Part shown: positions 1-8,782 of the stretch, in pieces | Numbering within the stretch: the first letter of the stretch is position 1 | Layout: each line of letters starts with the position of its first letter | NCBI GenBank assembly: GCA_036679605.1 | Contig: JAZDCZ010000178.1 | Span: 1 to 49,897 of the forward strand | Length of the DNA stretch: 49,897 nucleotides | DNA from: Gemmatimonadota bacterium | Lineage (GTDB): Bacteria; Gemmatimonadota; Gemmatimonadetes; Gemmatimonadales; GWC2-71-9 | Direction of reading: 5' to 3' | Made by a program: the position numbers and the translations under genes | Notes under the pieces: model-generated | Told to the model about the DNA's origin: nothing | What the model saw: the letters and a program-made list of their open reading frames with translations, nothing else | Databases searched by the model: none

Positions 1-3000
1 AGTAGATCGAATAGTACCCGTGTTGACCAGTGTGCCGTTGGGAATGCTGAGCGTACTGCTCCAACTGGCGGCATTGCTAAAGTTGGTAATCGTGATCGTG
101 CCCGCATTGCTCAGCCCGGTAGCAGAAGCAAGCGTAAGATTGCCGTTGTTCAACACCTCTAGCAGGAACGTCCCCGACCCCGTATTGGTGAACGCACCGT
201 TAAACGCGCCGCTCGCATTGGCTTCCCGAGCCCGCAGCACTCCCTGATTGATAAATGCTGTGCCTATCACATCCTGACGAGTAAATACCGTGTCAGCATT
301 GGTAAACGTGCCAGGACCGCTGATCGTAGTCACGTTAGCAAAGGCGATATTGAACGCCGGAGCACCCGCCGGAAGCGTGAAGTTGCTGGCAAGAGTGAGA
401 TTGTTCAGCACGTTTATGCGACCCGTGGTGGTAGGCACAAAACTAGTCCCCGTACCCAAAATCGTGGTCGTCCCGGCGTTGAGACTGAGCACAAAACCGT
501 TGGCGACACTGAACACGCCGCTGGCATCAGCGGTGAGTGTACCCGAACCGCTGTAACTGAGATTCTGGCTCACTACGGCAATCGTACCCTGATTATCCAC
601 GTTACCATTTATGATACGAGGACCGGCACGAGCACCAATAGTAGATCGAATAGTACCCGTGTTGACCAGGGTGCCAGTGGGAATGCTGAGCGTACTAGTC
701 CAACTGGCGGCATTGCTAACATTAGTGATCTCAATGACACCGGCATTGTTGATGCTACCATTGACGGTGAACGTGGTATTGTTGTTTGCCTGAACGCGTG
801 TCACCGAGGTTGCGGTAGTAGATAGATTCCCGACAAGCGTGCTCACGTCTTGCAGCGCGAGAAGCGTGTTTTGATTGGTAACCTCGGCGGTGACCGTGCC
901 TCCTCCCAACGTGAAGGTACCGCCATTGATAAGTGCCGGAGATGTTAGCGACCCGGTTTGTACATTCAGCACTCCGTTTGGACCAACCGAAACTGAGTCT
1001 GTGGTCGTAAGCGCGTTCGCCGACAGATTCAGGGTTTGTACACCTGAGGCTGCCCCAAGCATGACTCGGCCTACGGTCGAGGTCGTATCGAGCGTGACCG
1101 CATAGGTACCCGCCAAATCGATCGTAACCGTATCTCCCGGCCCCGGAACCACACCCAAATCCCAGTTTGTAGGCGTATTCCAGTTGCCACCCGCCAGGTT
1201 GGTCCATCGCACTGAGGCCGCGGGCACCACAGCCTGGAATAGCTTGACGGCTGTCGACTCGACCAGAAGTTGCAGCCCACCAATCCCTACGGTATTCGCA
1301 AACTGCCCCACAACTGACGTTGCGGTCAGAATCGTGATCGTGTCGCCGCCGACCGGAGTGAAGCCAAGCAACACGTTGAGGTCGCCACCCAGAGTTACAG
1401 TGCCGCTAACCACCAATTGGTCGTGCTGCGTTCCGGGTGTCAGCCCATTCAGTTCAAGCTCCAGCGTACTGAGCGAGTTCAGCGTCGGGTCGCCTACAAT
1501 GGTGAGCGTCCCGGGAGAAAGTCCCGGGGCCACAGCTCCACTGAACTGAGTCGTTGGTGCATTCGTGATATCGAGCGTTCCGGTTCCCGACAGGGTCGAA
1601 CTGTCCCCCAAGACCAGGCTTCCGTCGACATCGAACAACGGTGCCGTAATCTGGAGAATGCCGTTCGAGAATAAGACCGTACTGTCTCCCGGTGACTGAG
1701 TGAACGCCAGAGTATCACCCACCACAGTCAATGAGCTTCTCAATTCATTGTCGAATTCGCTGCCGGCCGCAGCATTGATGTTGCCGGCATTCCAAACAGC
1801 GGCACCCTGGTTGATAAGGAGGAAACCATCGAGCAGCGATTTCGGTCCGCCCGATATCGTAAGAGTGCCCCCTGGAGTGACCAGCATGGTGCCGCCTCCG
1901 GCAAGGACGCCTCCGACCCAAACCATCGCACCGTTCACGACGATGCTGTCGGACGTGCGGAGCGTTGAGGCGGTGAGGTTGATAGCGCCCGTGGGATGGA
2001 CGATGGCGCCTGCGGCTCCGACGATCAGGGAGTTAGTAAACAGGGAAAGGACTTGTTGACCCTGGTTCAAACCGAGCGGATCACCGACGATCAATCGTCT
2101 CACACTGGAGGTTGCGTCGACGTTCACCACGTAGCTGCCACTAAGATCAATTACAGCGGTGTCGGAAGCTGTGGGGGGAGCACCGCGATCCCAATTCGCT
2201 CCGTCACTCCAGTTGCCGCCCGCCGAGTTGGTCCACTTTACGAGCGCCGCAACACCTGTAGTCGCAGTGAACGTCGTTTGCACTGCGGGATACTTCCGTA
2301 CCGTCGCGCTCCCGCTCTGTGCACCGGTACCCGGCCCGAGTGTCCATATGGTCCCAACCCGTCCGTTCGCATCTGTGACCCCTGAGCTTGGACTGAAGGC
2401 ACCACCGTCCGGCGTCGCAAAGTCCACCGTGACCCCAGCCACTGCGGACCCATTCCCAAGCACCTGAACCACAATGGAGTCCGGCAGGGCCGCATCAACG
2501 GACCCCAACTGGCCGTCGCCGGCCACGATCGCGAGTGTATCCGGAGCCTGCTGCACCGTCAATAACAGTGTGTCGGGCGGGATCGATGTAAGCAGACTCG
2601 CAGTGATCCGAGCGACCCCGGGAACCACGCCGACAGCCTGCCCCAAGAACTGCGGTTGTGTCAGCGTCGTGGCCGTAGCCACAGAGTCGTCCAGCGAACT
2701 CCACAAAATGGGCGTTGAATCAATCGGTTGGCCTTGGCTATCCAGAGCCACCGCCACCAAGAGCAATGAGTCTCCGGCGACGGTACTGGTGTCCGGCGTA
2801 ACGATCTGCACGGACACGGCATCCTTGCCGACACCGTCGTAGGCGAATGGTAAATCGACAACCGGTGCGACCGCGTCGGAGACTGCGTTCGCCGTGACCG
2901 ACACGGGGCCGGCTCGAAACGCGGTATCACCGGCCGGCGTGATAAGCTGCGCATTCACAACAAATATTTCTTGTGCGGCTTGCAGCACCACGGTGAGCGA

Positions 3001-3294
3001 TATATCGACGGTTGTGTCGCCTTGGGCGATTGGGACAACAGTATCTACGACTATGTCGCTACCACTCGTGCGCGCCACAGTGATACGCGTCTTGGCAAGC
3101 GGCACTATTCCGCCAGCCGCTACCTGAAATGTGGGGACGATAGCGAACTGGCCGATCAACGGTTGGGCTGGTCCGGTGTTGTCCGAACAACTCACCGTGA
3201 TGACCGCCGCAACGGTTGCGGCGGTTGCGATCAAGTGAGTACGGGCGAGCCGAATACGCTTAGTCACGGTCGGTTTGAGCAACCTGGGCAGCAT
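1..3294 (-). CDS. Large surface lipoprotein/adhesin-like protein with Ig-like domains and beta-strand repeats; 3' end lies outside the window
   Basis: Absent from the ORF track because it has no stop in the window. GGAGG then ATG at 3294; hand translation gives MLPRLLKPTVTKRIRLARTHLIATAATVAAVITVSC (lipobox-like), Ig-like segments (IVAGDGQLG...VTDANGRVGTIWTLG), two WTNxAGGNWxxxxNW motifs and G/T/N-rich repeats. Frame spot-checked as open down to base 1. Confidence 0.85.
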   Translation of the reverse strand, partial: MLPRLLKPTVTKRIRLARTHLIATAATVAAVITVSCSDNTGPAQPLIGQFAIVPTFQVAAGGIVPLAKTRITVARTSGSDIVVDTVVPIAQGDTTVDISLTVVLQAAQEIFVVNAQLITPAGDTAFRAGPVSVTANAVSDAVAPVVDLPFAYDGVGKDAVSVQIVTPDTSTVAGDSLLLVAVALDSQGQPIDSTPILWSSLDDSVATATTLTQPQFLGQAVGVVPGVARITASLLTSIPPDTLLLTVQQAPDTLAIVAGDGQLGSVDAALPDSIVVQVLGNGSAVAGVTVDFATPDGGAFSPSSGVTDANGRVGTIWTLGPGTGAQSGSATVRKYPAVQTTFTATTGVAALVKWTNSAGGNWSDGANWDRGAPPTASDTAVIDLSGSYVVNVDATSSVRRLIVGDPLGLNQGQQVLSLFTNSLIVGAAGAIVHPTGAINLTASTLRTSDSIVVNGAMVWVGGVLAGGGTMLVTPGGTLTISGGPKSLLDGFLLINQGAAVWNAGNINAAAGSEFDNELRSSLTVVGDTLAFTQSPGDSTVLFSNGILQITAPLFDVDGSLVLGDSSTLSGTGTLDITNAPTTQFSGAVAPGLSPGTLTIVGDPTLNSLSTLELELNGLTPGTQHDQLVVSGTVTLGGDLNVLLGFTPVGGDTITILTATSVVGQFANTVGIGGLQLLVESTAVKLFQAVVPAASVRWTNLAGGNWNTPTNWDLGVVPGPGDTVTIDLAGTYAVTLDTTSTVGRVMLGAASGVQTLNLSANALTTTDSVSVGPNGVLNVQTGSLTSPALINGGTFTLGGGTVTAEVTNQNTLLALQDVSTLVGNLSTTATSVTRVQANNNTTFTVNGSINNAGVIEITNVSNAASWTSTLSIPTGTLVNTGTIRSTIGARAGPRIINGNVDNQGTIAVVSQNLSYSGSGTLTADASGVFSVANGFVLSLNAGTTTILGTGTSFVPTTTGRINVLNNLTLASNFTLPAGAPAFNIAFANVTTISGPGTFTNADTVFTRQDVIGTAFINQGVLRAREANASGAFNGAFTNTGSGTFLLEVLNNGNLTLASATGLSNAGTITITNFSNAASWSSTLSIPNGTLVNTGTIRST

Positions 3295-3386
3295 CCCTCC
3301 TCAACGAACGATAGGGAGCATTGGGCCTTGAGAGCTAGACCCACTAATGATGAAGATGCTTATAGCAAGAAGCAAACCACCCAGGA

Positions 3387-4133
3387 TTATCGATACTCCG
3401 GATTCGGGTACTCCGGACGACAGCCGGCGACCCATTTCGAGCGCTGGTTGCCGTGCGCCGGAATCCCTCCGGCATCTTTGATCATATGCGCCATGTGCAT
3501 GAGGTTCCACGTCATGAACGTCGTATTGCGATTGGTGAAATCGTTTTCCGGGCCGCCGGAACCGGGGTCAAGATAGGACGGGCCAGGACCCGCCTCTCCC
3601 AGCCAGGCAGCGTCAGCTTGCGGCGGGATGACGTAACCCAAATGCTGTAGCGAATACAGTATGTTCATAGAGCAGTGCTTGGCTCCGTCCTCGTTGCCGG
3701 TAATGAGACAGCCCCCTACGCGACCATAATAGGCGTACTGCCCCGCTTCATTGAGGTCACCGGAACTCGAATAGAGACGCTCGATAACTTTGGTGCAAAC
3801 CGAGGTCTTCTCACCGAGCCAGATCGCCGACCCAAGGACGAGAATGTCGGCTGCCTCGACCTTCTTGAAAATTTGCGGCCAGTCGTCCTGCTCCCAACCC
3901 TGCTCGGTCATGTCCGGATACACACCGTAGGCTATGTTGTAGTCCACTGGGCGGAGCAGCTCGACCGCGACACCGTTTTTCTCTAAGATCGCTCGCGACA
4001 TGTCAATGAGACCCTGGGTGTGCGATAGCTCGGGGGATCGCTTGAGCGTGCAGTTCAGAAACAGGGCCGTAAGATCGCTGAAGTCCCAACTGCTGGACTC
4101 GCACATCTCGAGTTGCTTTTCGTTCAGAGTCAT
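3387..4133 (-). CDS. Flavodoxin-fold / NADPH-dependent FMN reductase family protein
   Basis: LFLNCTLK.SP..SHT, ADILVLGSAIWLGEKTS and ITGNEDGAKHC motifs; GGAGG RBS. Confidence 0.88.
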   Translation of the reverse strand: MTLNEKQLEMCESSSWDFSDLTALFLNCTLKRSPELSHTQGLIDMSRAILEKNGVAVELLRPVDYNIAYGVYPDMTEQGWEQDDWPQIFKKVEAADILVLGSAIWLGEKTSVCTKVIERLYSSSGDLNEAGQYAYYGRVGGCLITGNEDGAKHCSMNILYSLQHLGYVIPPQADAAWLGEAGPGPSYLDPGSGGPENDFTNRNTTFMTWNLMHMAHMIKDAGGIPAHGNQRSKWVAGCRPEYPNPEYR

Positions 4134-4140
4134 AGCCTCC

Positions 4141-4989
4141 TCACACTAAGAATTCCAAGGCCAATACGAGAACTCCCACACCGGCAAACACCACACCTAG
4201 ACCTTTCTCCATCACTTTGGCGGGGAGGTACTTCCCTACGCGGCTGCCAATGGTGCTCCCAATCAACACACCGGGGATACTCCAGCCGACGACTTCCCAC
4301 ATGGGTTGGGCCGAGAGAGCATGAATCCCGGCCCCTACAGCCGCAACAATCGCGAGGGTGAACACGCTGGTGGCAATCGCGACGCGCGGCGGAACTCGGC
4401 AACGCACGACCAACTGTGTTGTGGAGATCTCAGGGAGGCCGGCACTTATCATTCCGGTGAGTACTCCACCCACTGCCGCCATCACAACACCCGGCGGTCT
4501 CCAGCAGGTGGCGTATTCGTAGACCTCACCATCGCTCGCTCGAATCACTGTCGTACCCTTGCCTTTGGACTTGCTTTCGATCACCTCGACCGACCGGTCG
4601 CCGGGCTCGCACTGTTCCGGAGATCGTACCAGAATCAAGAAACCTGCGAGGATCACCAGTCCAGTGCCAAAGATCGCCTTGAGAATCTGGTCCGACATGA
4701 GGTCGGCCACCAGGGCACCGACAATCACACTCGGAACGGCGCCAAGCAACATCCACTTGGCTGTGGCATAATCCACGAGCTTTGCTGTGACATAGGAGCG
4801 AAGTCCGTTGCCCATCCCGAACACTTCAGTCAGGAGACCGGCCCCTACGGCCTGCACCGGACTCAAGCCAACCACAAGCATGAAAAAAGGGCTGAAGAAA
4901 AGCGCCCCGGACACGCCCGATCCGATAGCTACGGTAGAGAAGACGATCGAAGCGGGAAGAACCCACCACAGATCTAAGAAGGTTTCCAT
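4141..4989 (-). CDS. Sulfite exporter TauE/SafE family membrane protein
   Basis: GVSGALFFSPFF N-terminal motif, AIATS motif, about 8 hydrophobic segments. Confidence 0.85.
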   Translation of the reverse strand: METFLDLWWVLPASIVFSTVAIGSGVSGALFFSPFFMLVVGLSPVQAVGAGLLTEVFGMGNGLRSYVTAKLVDYATAKWMLLGAVPSVIVGALVADLMSDQILKAIFGTGLVILAGFLILVRSPEQCEPGDRSVEVIESKSKGKGTTVIRASDGEVYEYATCWRPPGVVMAAVGGVLTGMISAGLPEISTTQLVVRCRVPPRVAIATSVFTLAIVAAVGAGIHALSAQPMWEVVGWSIPGVLIGSTIGSRVGKYLPAKVMEKGLGVVFAGVGVLVLALEFLV

Positions 4990-5212
4990 GTCTGAAACAG
5001 TACGCCAGTTACCGACGGGCGCAACAATGGCCGCCTCCCTACTTCGAACGTTGAAGAACGTTTGCTCGGCAGCGCTGCGCGCTGGATGACCCTAGAGGGG
5101 AGGTTCTTCGCCGGCATTCCTTAACGCCGGAACTCGGTCCGAAAATGGTCTGCTCCCCGTATTTCGGACCATGTGAATTGGGACTATGCTACCCCTTGTA
5201 GAGGAGGTCATT

Positions 5213-5485
5213 GTGGGACGGCAGAGTCGATTTCATGTGGAGCAGATCGTGAAGATCCTGCGTGAGCAGGAGACGAGTGGATTACCTGTGAGTGCGTTTT
5301 TGCGGCGTTATGGAGTATCGCGGGAGACGTTTTACCGTTGGCGTCGCAAGTACGGTGGTTTGAGTGAGAGCGAAGCAGCGCGCTTGAAGCGGTTGGAGCG
5401 TGAGAATGCGCGGTTGAAGACGTTGGTGGCGGATCGGGACTTGGAGGTGGAGGTTTTGCGGGAGGTGGTGCGAAAAAAAACATGA
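5213..5485 (+). CDS. IS3-family transposase OrfA (HTH)
   Basis: EQIVKILRE...RRYGVSRETFYRWRRKYGGL...RLKRLERENARLK; GTG start after GAGGAGG; A8 frameshift run at 5473-5480. Confidence 0.9.
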   Translation: MGRQSRFHVEQIVKILREQETSGLPVSAFLRRYGVSRETFYRWRRKYGGLSESEAARLKRLERENARLKTLVADRDLEVEVLREVVRKKT

Positions 5486-5545
5486 CCGCGCAGGCCAGGC
5501 GTTCGCTGGTCGAGGTGTTGGAGGGGCGTGGCATCTCAGCCCGCT
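5482..5545 (+). pseudogene. IS3 OrfB N-terminal stub; DDE domain deleted
   Basis: MTAQARRSLVEVLEGRGISAR in the -1 frame after the A8 run resembles an OrfB start, then similarity ends. Confidence 0.6.
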
Positions 5546-5759
5546 CCGCGTCGCTTAGTCTCCTCCCCTGGTCCCCACGACCTCGCATCTCTCACCTCCG
5601 GGCAAATGCCTCAAAGCATACGCCGAGATGTTGCGTTGATCGCTTGAGACCGCCGACACTAAGGTAGACACTGAGAAAACCCAGTTGGAAAGCCGGCAAA
5701 AGGAAACTGTCCCAGTTTAGATGGTCCAGAAATTGGGGGGCATCCCAGAAAAATCGGGT

Positions 5760-5804
5760 CAAATGTCCCAAACACGACATATAAGTCCCAAAAACGCCCT
5801 ATCG
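5760..5804 (+). promoter_or_regulatory. Tandem direct-repeat site, copy 1 of 3 (AWGTCCCAAnnACGnCCTATC x2)
   Basis: CAAATGTCCCAAACACGACATATAAGTCCCAAAAACGCCCTATCG; related copies at 8422 (+) and 41409-41454 (-). Confidence 0.6.
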
Positions 5805-5993
5805 TAAGTGGGAATACTCCCTGAAATTGGGTTGGTGATGTCAGTATCGGACACCGCACCTATTTCATGGAGGCAAACATGTGCCGTGTCATTCACCCAA
5901 CCCCTATCACCCACGAAGTGATATGAGTGAATACCCTGCCGCTGGCTATCGTCCTCGCGAGCGATAGTCACTACCTCGTCTAGGAGGATCGAC

Positions 5994-6435
5994 ATGAGCG
6001 CCCTTGAACCTGTCGAAGAGACCGCAGTGTCTTTCGACAGGGTAGCTGAGGAAGCTCTAGGGCCAGCGATTCAACAGCAATGGCTCGACCGGATCGCATG
6101 GCGGTCTTTTATCTATTACCCCCGGCTGAGGAAGGCTCGGAGATATGTCGAAGAGCACCTCCACGAAAAACTGACCGTGCGCGATGTAGCCCGCGTTGCC
6201 TGCTGCGAGTACAAGTACTTCTCCTCATACTTTCATGCCAAGGTCAATGTCACCTTCACAGACTGGGTTCGCTTAATACGGGTGGCAGAAGCTGCTCGGT
6301 TACTACGGGCAGAGGATATGACCATGTATCAGGCTGCGCGTCAAGCGGGTTTTTCTGACCTTCGAGCGCGCGTTCCGGCGTTTCTGCGGCGCGACGCCGA
6401 CAGAGTACAGGCTTCAGTGCCGTTCCAGAGCGTAG
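5994..6435 (+). pseudogene. AraC-family regulator (HTH domain only), frameshifted near 6360
   Basis: YVEEHLHEKLTVRDVARVAC...FSSYF...RVAEAARLL...AGFSDL, then the canonical ending FERAFRRFCGATPTEYR lies in another frame (6361-6435); AGGAGG RBS. Confidence 0.8.
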
Positions 6436-6444
6436 GGGTTACCT

Positions 6445-6500
6445 CGTCACGAATATCGTCGCACAATTCGCGAAAAACGTCGCACAATACACGAATTGTA
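6445..6500 (+). promoter_or_regulatory. 21-bp-period direct repeat (CGTCGCACAAT x2), candidate AraC binding site
   Basis: CGTCGCACAATTCGCGAAAAA / CGTCGCACAATACACGAATTG between the AraC gene and the peptide gene. Confidence 0.5.
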
Positions 6501-6815
6501 GCGTAGCGCAGCTTAGGTCACCGGACTATAATAGCGAACCGTCAAGGCCGGTGCACGGAATCGGGCGAATCCGAGTGCAACCTTTTGACCCAAATGAGCA
6601 CTTGGTAAGTATAGGGAATCACTGAGCCGCCCCGATGGCGTTTTCGGCTATCGGTGTCGCGTTTTGCGAATTGTTCCAGGCTGGCGGATCGTCACCAGGC
6701 CAATTACGACAATTTGGAATAACCTCAACCAGGAGCGGGGCCCACACTGTTAGGGAGCCACGACTTTTCCGTAGCGGTGGTCCCGGTCATAACCAAAAGA
6801 TTTGGAGGTCTCATC

Positions 6816-7055
6816 ATGTCAAGACTACTAGCCCGAAGGATTGTACGACATCTCATCGTAGTTCCTGCGCTGCTTGGCATCGCGTCGATGGTCCCTGTAA
6901 CGGTCGCCGAAGCTCAATTCGGTTGTGTTGAGGATAGAAGGTGCCAGACAAGTCCGAGCGGGCACTTTAATACCTGCTGTACGTGGATTGAGTGCTGCTG
7001 GGTAGTGGGTTGTGACGAAGCATTCCTCGGTTGTGAGACGGAGGGGGTGGTGTAG
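6816..7055 (+). CDS. Secreted cysteine-rich small protein (signal peptide plus 46-aa mature peptide with 8 Cys)
   Basis: GGAGG at 6804-6808, ATG at 6816; basic-hydrophobic leader ending AEA|Q; mature QFGCVEDRRCQTSPSGHFNTCCTWIECCWVVGCDEAFLGCETEGVV. Confidence 0.78.
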   Translation: MSRLLARRIVRHLIVVPALLGIASMVPVTVAEAQFGCVEDRRCQTSPSGHFNTCCTWIECCWVVGCDEAFLGCETEGVV

Positions 7056-7191
7056 TTATCCCTAGACCTGGGAGCAGATGCTGGGGGTCTTCTTGCTGAA
7101 ATCCACGTTAGGCCCCGATCTGTTGTTGGACCAATATTTGGTAGCCCGATCCTAGACCGGTGTGTTTAATTCTGGGCGCAACGTCTAGGTA

Positions 7192-7894
7192 GTGACCGGA
7201 ATGCGCCATAGGCGAGTTATCAGGCTCGACATTGAGTCTAGGTTGAGGGTGTGGTCACTCATTGCAGGGTGTCGTCAGAGAGCGAACTTCGCTGCCTTCC
7301 CGTTCACTGTGGCCAGCTTGCTCACTTGCTCTGCTTGTACTGAATCCTCCGACCGTGAGCCGTCTCCCGAGTACGTCGTTGAGCACGAGCCTGCGGTATA
7401 TCCTGCACAAGCATCCGTGCTCCGTGAGTGGATACTTTCCCCCGACTCCTTAGCCGGGATCACCAGTGTTGCAATCAACACGGAATCTGGTGTATTGGCT
7501 GCCCTAGATGTACGACTAGGCTTGGTCGCCCTGTTCGAGGCGCGCGATGGCGAGCTACTGCGTTATTTTGGAGGCCAGGGCGAAGCGCCTGGGAACCTCA
7601 GTTGTGGCTCTGCGGTGAATTCGTTCGTTGCGCTTCGATCCGACGGGCCACTTGTGGGTTCAGATGTTTGATGAAAACACGAGCGACGCATCCGGACGTG
7701 ATTCTGTCCTGATTGTCCGCTGGATGCCTGGTGAGCCAGAAGCTGTTCGTTTCAGGCTTCGTTGTTTTCCGTTGGCGTTCTTGAGCGATACGGAATTAGC
7801 TTGTCGGGAGGAGGATAGCTTAGGGGTCCAGCGAATACACATGTATCGGATCTCGATCGCTGAGGCAAGACTTCAAAGTGATTCTCCGTTTTAG
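7192..7894 (+). pseudogene. 6-bladed beta-propeller-like lipoprotein, internally deleted and frameshifted
   Basis: Lipobox-like LTCSAC; blade motif LLRYFGGQGEAPG in one frame; C-terminal RFDPTGHLWV...DSLGVQRIHMYRI in a second frame; middle blades absent; start uncertain. Confidence 0.6.
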
Positions 7895-7941
7895 CCCGGG
7901 CATGCGAAGCTTCCTAATTCATTGAGCGCGGATCGGACTAA

Positions 7942-8184
7942 ATGCATGAGGCGCTGAGCGCCATCGCTATCGTGTTGTTCGTCTGCGCCGTCATTGGGGC
8001 TGCACTACTGAGCCGCGTCCACAGATCGGGGACTGGCTTCCTGTTGGGTGTTTTCCTAGGCCCGGTCGGCCTCTCGATCGCATGGCTAAAGCGTCCTCGG
8101 TGGGAACGGGACCGGGCAGCAAGAGCCCGGGCCCGAGAGCGTGAACGCAAGGAACAAGCTGAACGTGAGTGGCGGGGGTACTAG
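7942..8184 (+). CDS. Small two-TM membrane protein with charged tail
   Basis: GFLLGVFLGPVGLSIAW hydrophobic hairpin followed by an R/E-rich tail. Confidence 0.55.
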   Translation: MHEALSAIAIVLFVCAVIGAALLSRVHRSGTGFLLGVFLGPVGLSIAWLKRPRWERDRAARARARERERKEQAEREWRGY

Positions 8185-8344
8185 CACCAGCGTGATCATC
8201 CGATACCGACAGTCGTTGGGTTCGGGAGGGGATCGGGCGTTCAAGGAATACCTACTTCGGTTCTGGCGTTCGGCAAACTTTCAACCGCAGCGGCGCCGGA
8301 AAAGGCCCCTTCGACTGCACCGGCCCCAACACGCCAGAAGGGGA

Positions 8345-8410
8345 AGACTGGAAAGCCAGCAACGAGAGACTGTCCCAATCTGAGTGGTCCTGAAAACAGG
8401 GAGCGGTCCA
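8345..8410 (+). mobile_element. Isolated IS3-family right end
   Basis: GGAAAGCCAGCAACGAGAGACTGTCCCAATCTGAG-TGGTCCTGAAAACAGGGAGCGGTCCA resembles 5686-5747; the last 26 bp match the IRL at 5146 at 20/26. Confidence 0.65.
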
Positions 8411-8421
8411 GGTTGGACCAC

Positions 8422-8467
8422 CAAATGTGCCCAAAACGACCTATCATGTCCCAAGAACGACCTATCG
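8422..8467 (+). promoter_or_regulatory. Tandem direct-repeat site, copy 2 of 3
   Basis: ATGTGCCCAAAACGACCTATC (8425-8445) and ATGTCCCAAGAACGACCTATC (8446-8466). Confidence 0.6.
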
Positions 8468-8511
8468 GAAACGCTCGGGGTGTTGAGAATTGGGAGGATG
8501 ACTACTGAGGC

Positions 8512-8781
8512 ATGTATTTCGTGACCCAGGCTTCCGACCGCGACCGGAAGCTTGCACGTGGGTTGCCAGCGGCGTTTAGGCAGTGCACCGGAGCGCCGGT
8601 AGATCGCGTGGTGAGTCTAGTGATGGGGCATTGGGGATCTCACAGCCCATCGGATCGAGCCGAACTTGCCCAGGCTCTCCTGCCCATTCTCGAAGGTCTC
8701 GTACAACCCGGTGTAACCATCATCCCCTTACAATCCGACCTGTGCGAGAACGTGGTGACGGTTTGGCTGGAAAGAAAGTGA
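8512..8781 (+). CDS. Hypothetical protein
   Basis: 89-aa ORF filling the gap and converging on the DUF5916 gene; no recognised motif. Confidence 0.3.
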   Translation: MYFVTQASDRDRKLARGLPAAFRQCTGAPVDRVVSLVMGHWGSHSPSDRAELAQALLPILEGLVQPGVTIIPLQSDLCENVVTVWLERK

Positions 8782-8782
8782 A

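Larger units (their letters stand above)
5146..5747 (+). mobile_element. Internally deleted IS3-family element (602 bp)
   Basis: IRL TGGTCTGCTCCCCGTATTTCGGACCA (5146-5171) and IRR TGGTCCAGAAATTGGGGGGCATCCCA (5722-5747) match 18/26 with TG...CA ends; GAAAA on both flanks (5141-5145, 5748-5752); contains orfA and only the start of orfB. Confidence 0.8.

Noticed and set aside
20..3576. Many short plus-strand ORFs, and long antisense ORFs elsewhere such as 26370-27344 and 30089-30985
   Set aside because: Shadow ORFs opposite well-supported genes in GC-rich DNA
5146..8410. Composite transposon from the IRL at 5146 to the IR at 8410
   Set aside because: The GAAAA duplication pairs the IRL with the 5747 end; no matching duplication follows 8410
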